A DNA stretch of 64,000 bases from an uncultured Pseudomonadota bacterium. GTDB lineage: Bacteria > Babelota > Babeliae > Babelales > JAUPTZ01. Shown in pieces: positions 49,184 to 58,357 of this stretch (position 1 is the stretch's first letter; the number at the start of each line of letters is the position of its first letter). The stretch is taken from contig CAYSBJ010000003.1 in assembly GCA_964429275.1 (NCBI GenBank), positions 1 to 64,000 of the forward strand, written 5' to 3'. The translations under genes were made by a program, and so were the position numbers. Under the pieces are notes generated by a model. It was not told the DNA's origin, searched no databases, and was given only the letters and a program-made list of their open reading frames with translations.

Positions 49184-50352
49184 AGATTGATTTTATACCT
49201 GGATTGCGTCGTCACTTTGTTTCTCGCAATGGCGAGGGTTTTGTCTCCACGGGGCATTGCGACAGCGAGTCTACGAAGCTGGAAACAATCCATCTATTTT
49301 CCCCTGCGTTTAGTCTTATAGAACTTCTTATCGCTCTGGCTTTATCTGCCGTTATCATGATTGGCATGGTGCAGGGTAATCGCAACGCGGCTTATTTGCT
49401 GCGGGAAGCTCAGGCATTGCTCATCGTAAACCGCCAGGTTGCATTGCTGTATAATCAGCTTGAGCGTGACGTAACGGCTGCTATTGTCTACCAGAAACCA
49501 ATTCCTTATCCGCCCGCCAAGGCCCAGCCAAAGAAAAAAGAGGGTGAGAAACAAGAGGAAAAACCGGCACCACCAAAGCCACCAGAAGAGCAATCGAACA
49601 CTGGTGCTGAAAAAGGAAAAGCGGAAAAAGATAAGTTTGTACCTTCTTGTGTTCTCGAGGCATTTGATGAGGGTGTATATAAAGTTGGTACGAAAAAATG
49701 GCAACAGACAAAGCGGCTTTCTTTTATTACAACAACGCCGCTAGAAGTATATGAACAAGAGCATGAGCGATCAGTGCGTGTAGGCTATGAGTTGGTGTAT
49801 GACAAAGCAATGAGCACGCCGCAGAAGAGTGTATATACGCTGTATCGTCTCCAAACTGATGAGCTTGAAAACGTTGCATTTAAAGAAGATGAAAGTAAAA
49901 AAGTGAAGAGCGTTCTGCGGTATGTAGTGGCGGATCATATTAAGCAGTTTTCACTAGAAGCGTTATATGATCAGCGGCCGCCGCAAGCAAAAGACAATTC
50001 AGGAAAGCCGGCTGCTGTCGAGGCTCCAATTGCTGAACCGTTAACGGAAGAGGGCAGCCGTCCAACGCAGTTGCGAACATTCACGTGGGGTGAAAAAGAA
50101 GAAACCGAAAAGAGTAAGACTGTGTTGCCCGATATGTTTGCAACACACATTGAGGTGTGGGATGGTGCCCTGCAGCGCTCATATTCATTTACTTCAACCT
50201 TTCCGGTTTTTGTAAAAACAGAAGCAAAGTCAAAACAACCAAAGAAGAAAGATGGTGCGACTGCCGGAGCTCCGGTAGAGCCAGGGGCGCCGAATGCGGC
50301 ACCAAAGACTTCTGATGCCCCAGCGCCGGCAGCGAAGGAAGTGGTTCAATGA
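49180..50352 (+). CDS. Minor pseudopilin, GspJ-like, with an abnormally long leader
   Basis: ATGA-coupled start at 49180; A|FSLIELLIAL; QLERDV; TLYR. Confidence 0.82.
   Translation: MKIDFIPGLRRHFVSRNGEGFVSTGHCDSESTKLETIHLFSPAFSLIELLIALALSAVIMIGMVQGNRNAAYLLREAQALLIVNRQVALLYNQLERDVTAAIVYQKPIPYPPAKAQPKKKEGEKQEEKPAPPKPPEEQSNTGAEKGKAEKDKFVPSCVLEAFDEGVYKVGTKKWQQTKRLSFITTTPLEVYEQEHERSVRVGYELVYDKAMSTPQKSVYTLYRLQTDELENVAFKEDESKKVKSVLRYVVADHIKQFSLEALYDQRPPQAKDNSGKPAAVEAPIAEPLTEEGSRPTQLRTFTWGEKEETEKSKTVLPDMFATHIEVWDGALQRSYSFTSTFPVFVKTEAKSKQPKKKDGATAGAPVEPGAPNAAPKTSDAPAPAAKEVVQ
49199..49292. repeat. Permuted RPE-like element inside the GspJ-like coding region
   Basis: Right arm CTGGATTGCGTCGTC...CTCGCAATGGC followed by left arm GGCATTGCGA...AAACAATCCA. 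Confidence 0.75.
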
Positions 50353-51491
50353 TAAAGAAAAAGCCAGCATTCGTTCTTATTTTCTCTTTACTCAGCATGG
50401 GTATTGTTACCATTCTTACACAACAGCTTATGAAAAGCGTGTCGGTTGGCATTGCCTTCAGTCGGCAGATGGTATTGCGGGAGCAGGTCAAAATGTTTGT
50501 CTATGGTGGCATTGCTATTGCCACTGCTCAGCTTGAGCAGTGTTATCCTGAAGAAAAGAAGAAGCAGGGAGCAGAGCCAGCAGCCGGCCAACAGTCAAGC
50601 GCTCAGCCTCAAGGGCTCAAGCGGCCGTTTTCTTTTAAAACATTTATTCTGAGCGTGCTGCCACATTTAAATCGATGGCAGACCTTTGAGCTGACGGATA
50701 AAATTGATGGTGTAGATGCGCAGATTAAAGTTTGTATTGTTGCTGAAGAAGGCAAGATTCCGTTTACCCAAGTTTTTGATGAGCCGGCGCGCGAATTGAC
50801 CGATCCTGCGCATGGCTTTTTGCAGCAGTTTCCTTCAGCAAAAAAGGGGGCCTCAAGTGATTTTGTTACAAAGTTTACTGCGTTTCTCAAGGGGCGTACG
50901 CATCGGATTGTCGATATTTCTGCACTACTTCCTTTTGCGCACCAAGTAAAGGTGCCGTTATGGTATGCACCGCCAGAGTTTCCAACGCGGCGTACAGCGG
51001 CTGGTGAAGTAAAGAATGAGAAAGGGAAGCCTGTTCCGGCAGCATGCGCTTTGCAAGATTTATTTACGCTTTGGGGGCAGGGAAGTAGTTTGAACCCGCT
51101 TTTGCTCAGCAATGCGCTCTGTGTTTTGAGTGGTTTGCGACCACCGCAACCGAACGATGCCCAAAAACGCAAAGATCAGTACAAGCAGTTGGCTGAAAAT
51201 TACGATAAGATTAAAAGCTTAAAAGGAGATGAGTTGTGGAAGGCTCTCGGTGCTCTGTATGACGCCAAACCAAAGCTGTCAGCCGAATTTAATACTCTCT
51301 TTTCGCTGGAAGTTGAGCCGCGTTTTTATTCTGTGCTATCTTGTGCGACAGTTGCCGGAGTGACACAGCAACTTATTGCAATTTTAGAACATGTGCCACC
51401 GACAGTTGCGCCGGCAGAACGGCGTGAACAACGGCAAAAAAAGAAGGAAATACAGCCACTGTTTGCAATCCGTAGATTGTATTGGTTGTAA
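50349..51491 (+). CDS. Minor pseudopilin, GspK-like
   Basis: A|FVLIF lacking E5 (typical of GspK); IVAEEGKI; last gene of the pseudopilin cluster. Confidence 0.78.
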   Translation: MIKKKPAFVLIFSLLSMGIVTILTQQLMKSVSVGIAFSRQMVLREQVKMFVYGGIAIATAQLEQCYPEEKKKQGAEPAAGQQSSAQPQGLKRPFSFKTFILSVLPHLNRWQTFELTDKIDGVDAQIKVCIVAEEGKIPFTQVFDEPARELTDPAHGFLQQFPSAKKGASSDFVTKFTAFLKGRTHRIVDISALLPFAHQVKVPLWYAPPEFPTRRTAAGEVKNEKGKPVPAACALQDLFTLWGQGSSLNPLLLSNALCVLSGLRPPQPNDAQKRKDQYKQLAENYDKIKSLKGDELWKALGALYDAKPKLSAEFNTLFSLEVEPRFYSVLSCATVAGVTQQLIAILEHVPPTVAPAERREQRQKKKEIQPLFAIRRLYWL

Positions 51492-51526
51492 TAGAGAAAA
51501 TTATTAAGTCTATAGACGACGAGACT

Positions 51527-51585
51527 CGTCATCGTGAGGAATACAGCGGCGTGGCAATCCATGCGAGCTTGTTACTGCGATGACG
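51527..51585. repeat. Internally deleted RPE-like element
   Basis: CGTCATCGTGAGGA...GTGGCAATCCA...CGATGACG. Confidence 0.7.
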
Positions 51586-51613
51586 CGTGCAACGGGTAGA
51601 GAAAGGTAGAGTA

Positions 51614-53170
51614 GTGAAAACAGAGACGCGGGTTGGGATATTTGTTATCGGCGCCGTGCTGGTATTTTTGTATTTGAGCTTTAACATCGGCGCCTTACGT
51701 ATCGATCAAAAAAATTATGATACGTACATCAGCTTTTTTGATGATACTGGCGGTCTTGATTTAAAGGCGGCAGTAAAAACATCTGGGGTACGTATCGGGT
51801 ATGTTGAGGCCATTTATTTGCGTGAAGGTGGCAAGGCTGAAATTCATCTTAAGATTCTTAAGACATATAAGTTAGCGCTCAACGCCTATGCTACGATTTC
51901 TCAGGAAACGTTGCTTGGGGGCAAAATTGTGGAACTCGACCAAGGGGATTTCTCCACTGGCATTCTTGCGCCAGGCACGACACTGGCTATGCCTGGAAAA
52001 TCTACGACGAGTGTGGGCGACTTAATTGATCAGTTTCGTGATATTGCTCAGAATGTTAGTGATATCGCTTACTCTTTTAAGACCGTTTTCTCTTCTCGCG
52101 AAGGTCATCAGCAGCTAGAAAGCACCTTGCGCAATGCCTCTGAGGCAGCAGAGAATATTGCTCATCTTTCTGATGCGGTTGATCGCATTGTGACGAAAAA
52201 AGAAGGGTCTATTAATACAACGATTGATAACTTGGATGACACGATGCGTGAATTGCGTAATGGTGTGCCAAAGGTTATTCGTGCGATTGATCAAACAGCG
52301 GCTGATATTCGTGCTAAAGTGGTTCCTGAAGTAGTTAAAGTTGGTCCAGCTTTTGAAACCATACAAGAAGCAGCTGTTCATGCAAAAGAAGGGTTTCGTG
52401 AGGCGGAACAGGTTATGGAAAAAATAAACACCGGCAAAGGTGTTGTTGGAAAGCTGATTAACGAAGACGAGGTATATGCCGATCTGAAGAAGACTATTCA
52501 TGGACTCAAAGAGTATGTGAGTCGTGTTGAATCGCTGCAAATCTACATAGATATGCACAGTGAGACACTCTTTAAGTATGCGCGTAATAAAGGATTTTTG
52601 GAAATGAAGATCCGACCATCGCATGACTATTTCTGGATGATTCAGATATGTAGCTCCGATTACGGCACGATTGACCGAGAGGTAGAGCAAATTATTCGCC
52701 GCGATAGTTATGGCAATATTCTTTCAACTACCACACTCACTGAGCCACAGCACAAGCTCTGGCTTGCTGATAGCGTTGAGCGTGTTACGCGTACAAAAAA
52801 TACCTATACCTTGAGTGCGCAGTTTGGTAAGCGGTTTGACCGCTTGGTCTTGCGTGCAGGGCTTTTTGAAGGATTTTTTGGTGGTGCGGTTGATTATTAC
52901 GTACCGCTTGATACCGATTTCGTTCATTGGGTGACTACCTTAGAAGCATATGACTTCCAAGGTGTATTGCGCCTTGACGATAACCGTATGCACGTGAAGT
53001 GGATTAACAAAGTAATGTTTATGAAGAATCTCTACACTTGCTTTGGCATAGATGACATTGTCAGTCGCGGCAATGCAAGTCCATTTATTGGATTCGGATT
53101 GCGCTTTACTGACTCTGACCTTAAATACTTCTTATCGTTGATTGCTGGTGCTAGCCCGTCAAACAAGTAG
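51614..53170 (+). CDS. MCE/MlaD-family protein with helical stalk and beta-rich C-terminal region
   Basis: ETRVGIF TM; GGLDLKAAVKTSGVRIG; TLLGGKIVEL; GKGVVGKLINED. Confidence 0.9.
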   Translation: MKTETRVGIFVIGAVLVFLYLSFNIGALRIDQKNYDTYISFFDDTGGLDLKAAVKTSGVRIGYVEAIYLREGGKAEIHLKILKTYKLALNAYATISQETLLGGKIVELDQGDFSTGILAPGTTLAMPGKSTTSVGDLIDQFRDIAQNVSDIAYSFKTVFSSREGHQQLESTLRNASEAAENIAHLSDAVDRIVTKKEGSINTTIDNLDDTMRELRNGVPKVIRAIDQTAADIRAKVVPEVVKVGPAFETIQEAAVHAKEGFREAEQVMEKINTGKGVVGKLINEDEVYADLKKTIHGLKEYVSRVESLQIYIDMHSETLFKYARNKGFLEMKIRPSHDYFWMIQICSSDYGTIDREVEQIIRRDSYGNILSTTTLTEPQHKLWLADSVERVTRTKNTYTLSAQFGKRFDRLVLRAGLFEGFFGGAVDYYVPLDTDFVHWVTTLEAYDFQGVLRLDDNRMHVKWINKVMFMKNLYTCFGIDDIVSRGNASPFIGFGLRFTDSDLKYFLSLIAGASPSNK

Positions 53171-53173
53171 TTT

Positions 53174-53677
53174 CTACCAGCATCCTGCATTAAAATAAAA
53201 CCCCTTAGGATGTCTTGTTGCGGAGGTAAGTATATCGATGCAGCAAGGATTGATGCTCCGGAGGCTTTCTACCCAGCTGCCGAGCTTGTATTTCTCCACG
53301 AGCATCACTATGGATTCTAGTTCTTTTTCGGTAAAATTTTGGAACGTATGTGTGCGTTCGCACTTGTCCCAAAAATAAATAAACTCAAGAAGAAGCGTTT
53401 GAGTGAAAATGGGCTCGGTATTTTCGTCGTATTTTGTACACGCGATTGAATAGATTAAAAGTTTTTTATTTATGCGGTATCTCATGCTCTTTTCGATATA
53501 TTTGATTTTGGCATACAAAAGCTCCCGTTTATGTGGTTCTTTTTCCTCTGTGATTGGGTTAATGACATATTCTTTGAGCGAGGTACGCGCGATTGCAATT
53601 TCCTCAGTATTATATTCTGCTGATAGAGTGAATGTTGTGAGAAGAGAAAGGGAAAATAAAGATATAAGATTTTTCAT
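53174..53677 (-). CDS. Hypothetical small exported protein
   Basis: GGGGA SD; signal MKNLISLFSLSLLTTFTLSA. Confidence 0.75.
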   Translation of the reverse strand: MKNLISLFSLSLLTTFTLSAEYNTEEIAIARTSLKEYVINPITEEKEPHKRELLYAKIKYIEKSMRYRINKKLLIYSIACTKYDENTEPIFTQTLLLEFIYFWDKCERTHTFQNFTEKELESIVMLVEKYKLGSWVESLRSINPCCIDILTSATRHPKGFYFNAGCW

Positions 53678-53807
53678 GGTGCAGTCCCCCGACTAGTTGT
53701 GTAATGAGTAGCACGCTGTTAGATGTGCTGCTCTGATTTGCTGATGTATAGCACATTTTGAGAAATGAGTCATTTTTGACGGCGAATGCCGTCATCCGTT
53801 GCCGTTA

Positions 53808-54323
53808 CTACTCTGAGGCGGTTTCTGAATCAGAAGTTTCTGTTGAGCCTAAACCTTCTTCGCATTTGGTAAGATCTCCAGGCTTTAAGCGGTACAAATC
53901 ACTGGCAACCTGCCGCAGGCTCTCTGCTGAGAGTTTGTATTTTTGTTCCTCGTTCTTTGTGTTAGAGTGCAGTGTATTCAAAATATCATACAAGAGTGCT
54001 CTATGCTTCTGGGTGTAATCTTTTTTTATGTCCAGGGTATAGGTGACCTCAGTGTATGAACAATCTCGATCGTATGTGCGTGTTATGCAGCCGTAGATAA
54101 GGCAAAGATCAGGATTATTCTCCGTGTGCTGATGCCAGGTATGGCTTTCTTTTGCTATACGCTCTATTACCTTATGAGAAACTATAAGGCCGGGAACGGA
54201 CGTTCTTACTGAGCACAGTACTCGAATAAGTCCTTGAGTTTCTGCGACAGCTTTTGTTTCTGCCGCCGTGACGATGGTTATTTGTGTCAGGAAGGCGAAC
54301 GCTAAAAGTCCAAGGTATCTCAT
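53808..54323 (-). CDS. Hypothetical small exported protein with acidic tail
   Basis: GAGGGA SD; signal MRYLGLLAFAFLTQITIVTA. Confidence 0.75.
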   Translation of the reverse strand: MRYLGLLAFAFLTQITIVTAAETKAVAETQGLIRVLCSVRTSVPGLIVSHKVIERIAKESHTWHQHTENNPDLCLIYGCITRTYDRDCSYTEVTYTLDIKKDYTQKHRALLYDILNTLHSNTKNEEQKYKLSAESLRQVASDLYRLKPGDLTKCEEGLGSTETSDSETASE

Positions 54324-54416
54324 GTATCCCTCACAATAAGCCCAGCTTTGGGATGGGGCTATTTTTTCTTTTTTCCTCTATGAATGCAATAGTTTCGTTG
54401 AGAGGAGGATGGGTGG

Positions 54417-54536
54417 CTAAGCCTCGGCTATGCCGTCGTCAGTTCCAATATCTTCTTCTTCGGTGAAGATGATGTTGGCTTGGTAAATGGGAGTGTAGAT
54501 TGGTTGTAGATAACTTGATTGGTAGAGGTCGTTCAT
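54417..54536 (-). CDS. Possible 39-aa small ORF (MNDLYQSSYLQPIYTPIYQANIIFTEEEDIGTDDGIAEA)
   Basis: Read by eye, below the track threshold; same strand as neighbours and acidic tail like them; no clear SD. Confidence 0.3.
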   Translation of the reverse strand: MNDLYQSSYLQPIYTPIYQANIIFTEEEDIGTDDGIAEA

Positions 54537-54620
54537 CTTAAAAACTCGCTATAAAACAATGCTTTTTGCTTAGAGAGAAGCATATTCGAATTTCTATGAA
54601 AAGCAAGGGGGGCTTCCTAG

Positions 54621-55193
54621 CTAGTCGTCAGATGAGTATTCTTCGGCGATTGGGTTATTGTCGCTCGGTTCCTCTTCAGAGTCGGAGATCGTAGGGGAAG
54701 TTATAGCAGAAAAGGTCTTCTCAGCGAGAAGGATTAGCAGTGACTTGGGGGCGGTGACAGTGTCAAATTGCTGAACCCATGCCTCGAGCCTGAGGTTTGC
54801 AATAGCGTTGCAGAGGTCGCTCTTGAGTAGAGGATTTAGCATATCCAGTGGGCTTTCTGATTCGTTTGTTATTGCAGAGAGAAGCATAATGATTGTCCAC
54901 TGTAGACCGAGGGGATGAGAGGCGTACTTCGTGGTTAGATACAAAAGGATGTCTTCTTCCTTGGGCAATGAAAGCTTAAAGTGCTCATAAAAGGTACAAG
55001 CGGCGAAATGTAAGGCTTCTTGCTGCTTATCCTTCCCATCCTGTCCCGTTATCCAGCGGGCTATCTGGTTACCATCAAGAGCGATGATTTGTTTTTTGGT
55101 CTCTGTCAACTTTGCGTTCGCGATTACATCTGCTCCATGCAAAGCGGTTCCACCTAGCAAAAAAGTTATTGTAATAATACCTAAATATTTCAT
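54621..55193 (-). CDS. Hypothetical small exported protein with acidic tail
   Basis: AGGGA SD before MKYLGIITITFLLGGTALHG. Confidence 0.75.
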   Translation of the reverse strand: MKYLGIITITFLLGGTALHGADVIANAKLTETKKQIIALDGNQIARWITGQDGKDKQQEALHFAACTFYEHFKLSLPKEEDILLYLTTKYASHPLGLQWTIIMLLSAITNESESPLDMLNPLLKSDLCNAIANLRLEAWVQQFDTVTAPKSLLILLAEKTFSAITSPTISDSEEEPSDNNPIAEEYSSDD

Positions 55194-55274
55194 ATAAATC
55201 CCTGCGCAGCAAAGTTTTTGTAGCAATGCGGGGCATTCTAGCCGACTTTGTGGGAAAAAGGAATGAGAGGGTGG

Positions 55275-55733
55275 CTATTTTTTCCCTGTTGCTGCCTGCA
55301 GTAGTTCATCTTCAAGCGCCTGCATGCGCGCATAATCTTCGTCGGTTTCATGGTCATGTCCTAGCAAGTGGGCAATGCCGTGGGCGAGCAAAACAATGCA
55401 GTGTTCGTCAAAGGGACGGTTCCATTCGAGGCGCTTTTTCTCAATGATTTCTGGGCAAAGGATAATGTCGCCGATATTGGCATCCTCATCGCAGGTTAGG
55501 CTTATCCGTTCCCCTGCCTTGAGTGTGTCATGGTAGGGGAAGGATAAAATGTCGGTTGGCCCCTCTTTGCCGCGGTAATCGAGGTTGAATTCGCTCATCC
55601 GCTGCGCATTGCAGATCAAGATACCCAGATCAAAGTCTGGATAATTCAGTGCCTTGAGCATGGCCGTAGCGGCTGTTTTGAGCTGCGCCGTATTTACTGA
55701 GTATTTGCGTTGCGTGTTAGTGATAGTAATCAC
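55275..55733 (-). CDS. ybeY: rRNA maturation endoribonuclease YbeY
   Basis: YRGKEGPTDILSF; HGIAHLLGHDH. Confidence 0.96.
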   Translation of the reverse strand: MITITNTQRKYSVNTAQLKTAATAMLKALNYPDFDLGILICNAQRMSEFNLDYRGKEGPTDILSFPYHDTLKAGERISLTCDEDANIGDIILCPEIIEKKRLEWNRPFDEHCIVLLAHGIAHLLGHDHETDEDYARMQALEDELLQAATGKK

Positions 55734-58195
55734 GCTTTGTTCTCCGGTGCTGGTTCTTGTGGTGCAAACACCATGGCAACGCCACAGAGTTTGTTTTGGT
55801 GAGCAGGGTCAATCGCTACTACCATTTCCTGGGCTTTGGTAATACCGGTAACCATTGCTGTTTGTGCTGTAAGCAGAGCGTGTTCTTGCTCGGTCGCAAC
55901 GGTCAGCGTCAAGTTGCTGAGTGGTGTTTTAAGCGATACATGGTTCTCCGATTTTTGCCGACGTACTTCGCCGACGATGTGCAAAATCTGCTTCAACGTA
56001 TCTTCTACCGCTGTCATTGTAGTAACTGTAGTCTCCGGTACCATAAGCTCGGTGATGTGTAGACTGGCGGGGCAGGTTGGCGTTTGTCGGTACATCTCTT
56101 GATAGATAAAGTCGGTTACAAACGGGACGAATGGAGCATATAGCTGCAAGATGCGAAAGCCAATAACCCAGAGTGTTTCTTGGGTAGCGGCCAGCTCAGT
56201 GGCTGAGTATTTGTGCGGGTTGAAGAAGCGGTCTTTGACCAATTCGAGGTAGTTATCGCAAAAATCTTGCCAGAAAAACTGATCAACGCTATCAAGGGCA
56301 CGGGCGTACTCTGCGGCTTCAAAGTGCTTTGTGTAGGCCGTCGTGACCAGGTCGCAGCGGTTTGTAAGCCAGAGATTAAGCGTATCCAATTCGTTGCCAA
56401 AAGATGGCTTTTGCGGCACTTGCTGGCGGATAAAGCGGAATGCATTCCACAGCTTCGTCTGCAGCCGCTGACCGATTTTGATCTGTTCTTCGCTAAAGGC
56501 GGTATCAACCCCGGGGCTTGCTTTGCCAGCCCAATACCGAATGGCGTCGGGAGAAAATGACTCCAGCAGCGATTGCGGAGTAAGTGCTGCGCCGCCGGTC
56601 GATTTTGAAATCTTACCGTTGCTTTGGGTAACATGGCCCGAAATAACAATTGACTCCCACGGAATGGTATTTGATGCGTACGTTGATTTTACAAGAGTGT
56701 CAAAAGCCCAGGTACGGATAATATCATGCGCTTGTGGTCGCAGTGAAAAGGGCAGTGTCAGTGCCGATGAATTTGCTTTGATTTGAACATTTTCGATGTT
56801 GATCTGTGGTGTCAGCGAAGAAATGTTCCAGGTGTCCATAACATCAGTTTCTCCTTTGAGGTTACTGCTGCCGCAGGAGCATTTTTCGCCGGGAAAGGTT
56901 GTCTCCGTTGGATCAATCGGCAAGCAATGCTCTGGCGCGGTTAAGATTGCAGTGCAATCAAGGCAGTGCCAGAGTGGGAATGGAACGCCATAAAAGCGCT
57001 GGCGGGAAATGCACCAGTCCCAGCCAAGGTTGGCAACCCAGTCTTTATAGCGAGAATGCATAAACGCTGGAAACCAGGAGACTTTTTCTCCGTTTTCTAA
57101 AAAGAGCTCTTTGTTGTTCATGATGCGCACAAACCATTGTGGGATAACCCGGTATTCAATTGGCTGCTTGCAGCGTTCATGGATGTTTACCGCATGAACT
57201 AAGTGTTTTTCTTCAGTTAGAAGGCCATATTCTTTGAGGGTTGCAATGATCGCTGTACGTGCTTCGGTGGCGCGTAGTCCAGTCATTGGGCCAGTGTGTT
57301 CTTGCCATACACCGCGCTCATCCATAACAGACTTGAGAGGAAGGTTGTGCCGCTCAAACCAAGTAATATCAGTTTGATCACCAAAGGTGCAGCACATAAC
57401 AAGGCCGGTTCCTTTATCGGGAAGTACATCACCGTCTGCAATACAAGGAACCGAAGCGTTAAAAAATGGGGAAGATAATGTTTGACCGGCGAGGTGAGTG
57501 TAGCGGCTGTCGTCTGGGTGATAGAGTACTGCCACGCAGGCAGGCAGCAATTCTGGACGGGTTGTAGCAACTGGGTAGGTGCTGCCGCTTTTATCAGTGA
57601 AGAGAATAGTGTTGAATGTTGTTTTGCATTCCAGGTTGTCCAGCTCAGCCTGCGCTACTGACGTTTGGCAGGTGGTGCAATAGAGTGCGGCGGTGGCGGT
57701 GCGGTAGGCTTGCTCCTTGCTGAGCATGTCTAGAAAGTTCTTTTGTGCTACTTTGCGGGCCATGTCGGAAATGGTTGAGTAGGTGAAGCGCCAATCAATA
57801 GAGAGGCCGAGTTCTTGCCACAAGCCGGCAAAGGCTTCGTGGGCGTGGGAAACTTCTTCAAGACAGAGCTTAATGAACGCTGAGCGTCCAACAACATGGG
57901 CCTTGGTTTTGTGCTTTTTTTCTACGTAGCGCTCGGTCGGCAGTCCATTGTCGTCAAAACCCATGGGATAGAAGACATTAAAGCCGCGCATACGGCGATA
58001 GCGTGCTAGAAAGTCGGTGTGCGTGTATGAAAAGACGTGACCGATGTGCAGATTGCCAGAAACTGTTGGTGGCGGGGTATCAATGCTGTATATCGGGCGA
58101 AATCTGTCTTCAGGATTAAATTGGTTAGTCCCGGCGTCTTGCCATATTTTTTTGATTTTTTCTTGTGCCGTCTTAGCGCAATACGTAATTTCCAT
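55730..58195 (-). CDS. valS: Valine-tRNA ligase (short, type-2/archaeal-like)
   Basis: DTPPPTVSGNLHIGH, GFDDNGLPTE, WCISRQR, DVMDTW, KISKS. Confidence 0.95.
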   Translation of the reverse strand: MEITYCAKTAQEKIKKIWQDAGTNQFNPEDRFRPIYSIDTPPPTVSGNLHIGHVFSYTHTDFLARYRRMRGFNVFYPMGFDDNGLPTERYVEKKHKTKAHVVGRSAFIKLCLEEVSHAHEAFAGLWQELGLSIDWRFTYSTISDMARKVAQKNFLDMLSKEQAYRTATAALYCTTCQTSVAQAELDNLECKTTFNTILFTDKSGSTYPVATTRPELLPACVAVLYHPDDSRYTHLAGQTLSSPFFNASVPCIADGDVLPDKGTGLVMCCTFGDQTDITWFERHNLPLKSVMDERGVWQEHTGPMTGLRATEARTAIIATLKEYGLLTEEKHLVHAVNIHERCKQPIEYRVIPQWFVRIMNNKELFLENGEKVSWFPAFMHSRYKDWVANLGWDWCISRQRFYGVPFPLWHCLDCTAILTAPEHCLPIDPTETTFPGEKCSCGSSNLKGETDVMDTWNISSLTPQINIENVQIKANSSALTLPFSLRPQAHDIIRTWAFDTLVKSTYASNTIPWESIVISGHVTQSNGKISKSTGGAALTPQSLLESFSPDAIRYWAGKASPGVDTAFSEEQIKIGQRLQTKLWNAFRFIRQQVPQKPSFGNELDTLNLWLTNRCDLVTTAYTKHFEAAEYARALDSVDQFFWQDFCDNYLELVKDRFFNPHKYSATELAATQETLWVIGFRILQLYAPFVPFVTDFIYQEMYRQTPTCPASLHITELMVPETTVTTMTAVEDTLKQILHIVGEVRRQKSENHVSLKTPLSNLTLTVATEQEHALLTAQTAMVTGITKAQEMVVAIDPAHQNKLCGVAMVFAPQEPAPENKA

Positions 58196-58357
58196 GAAGT
58201 ACCCTGCTCGTTGCTATTTTTGAGATTCGAGCAGTTTACTGCTGATGCGGGTAAAAAACTAGCCTCGGACCCTTAAGAATTATCTTAATATTTGACGAAA
58301 AAACCGTAGTTTTCTACGCTGCATGCCTTGTCTAACCTTTTTAGTGAGTGATTTCTC

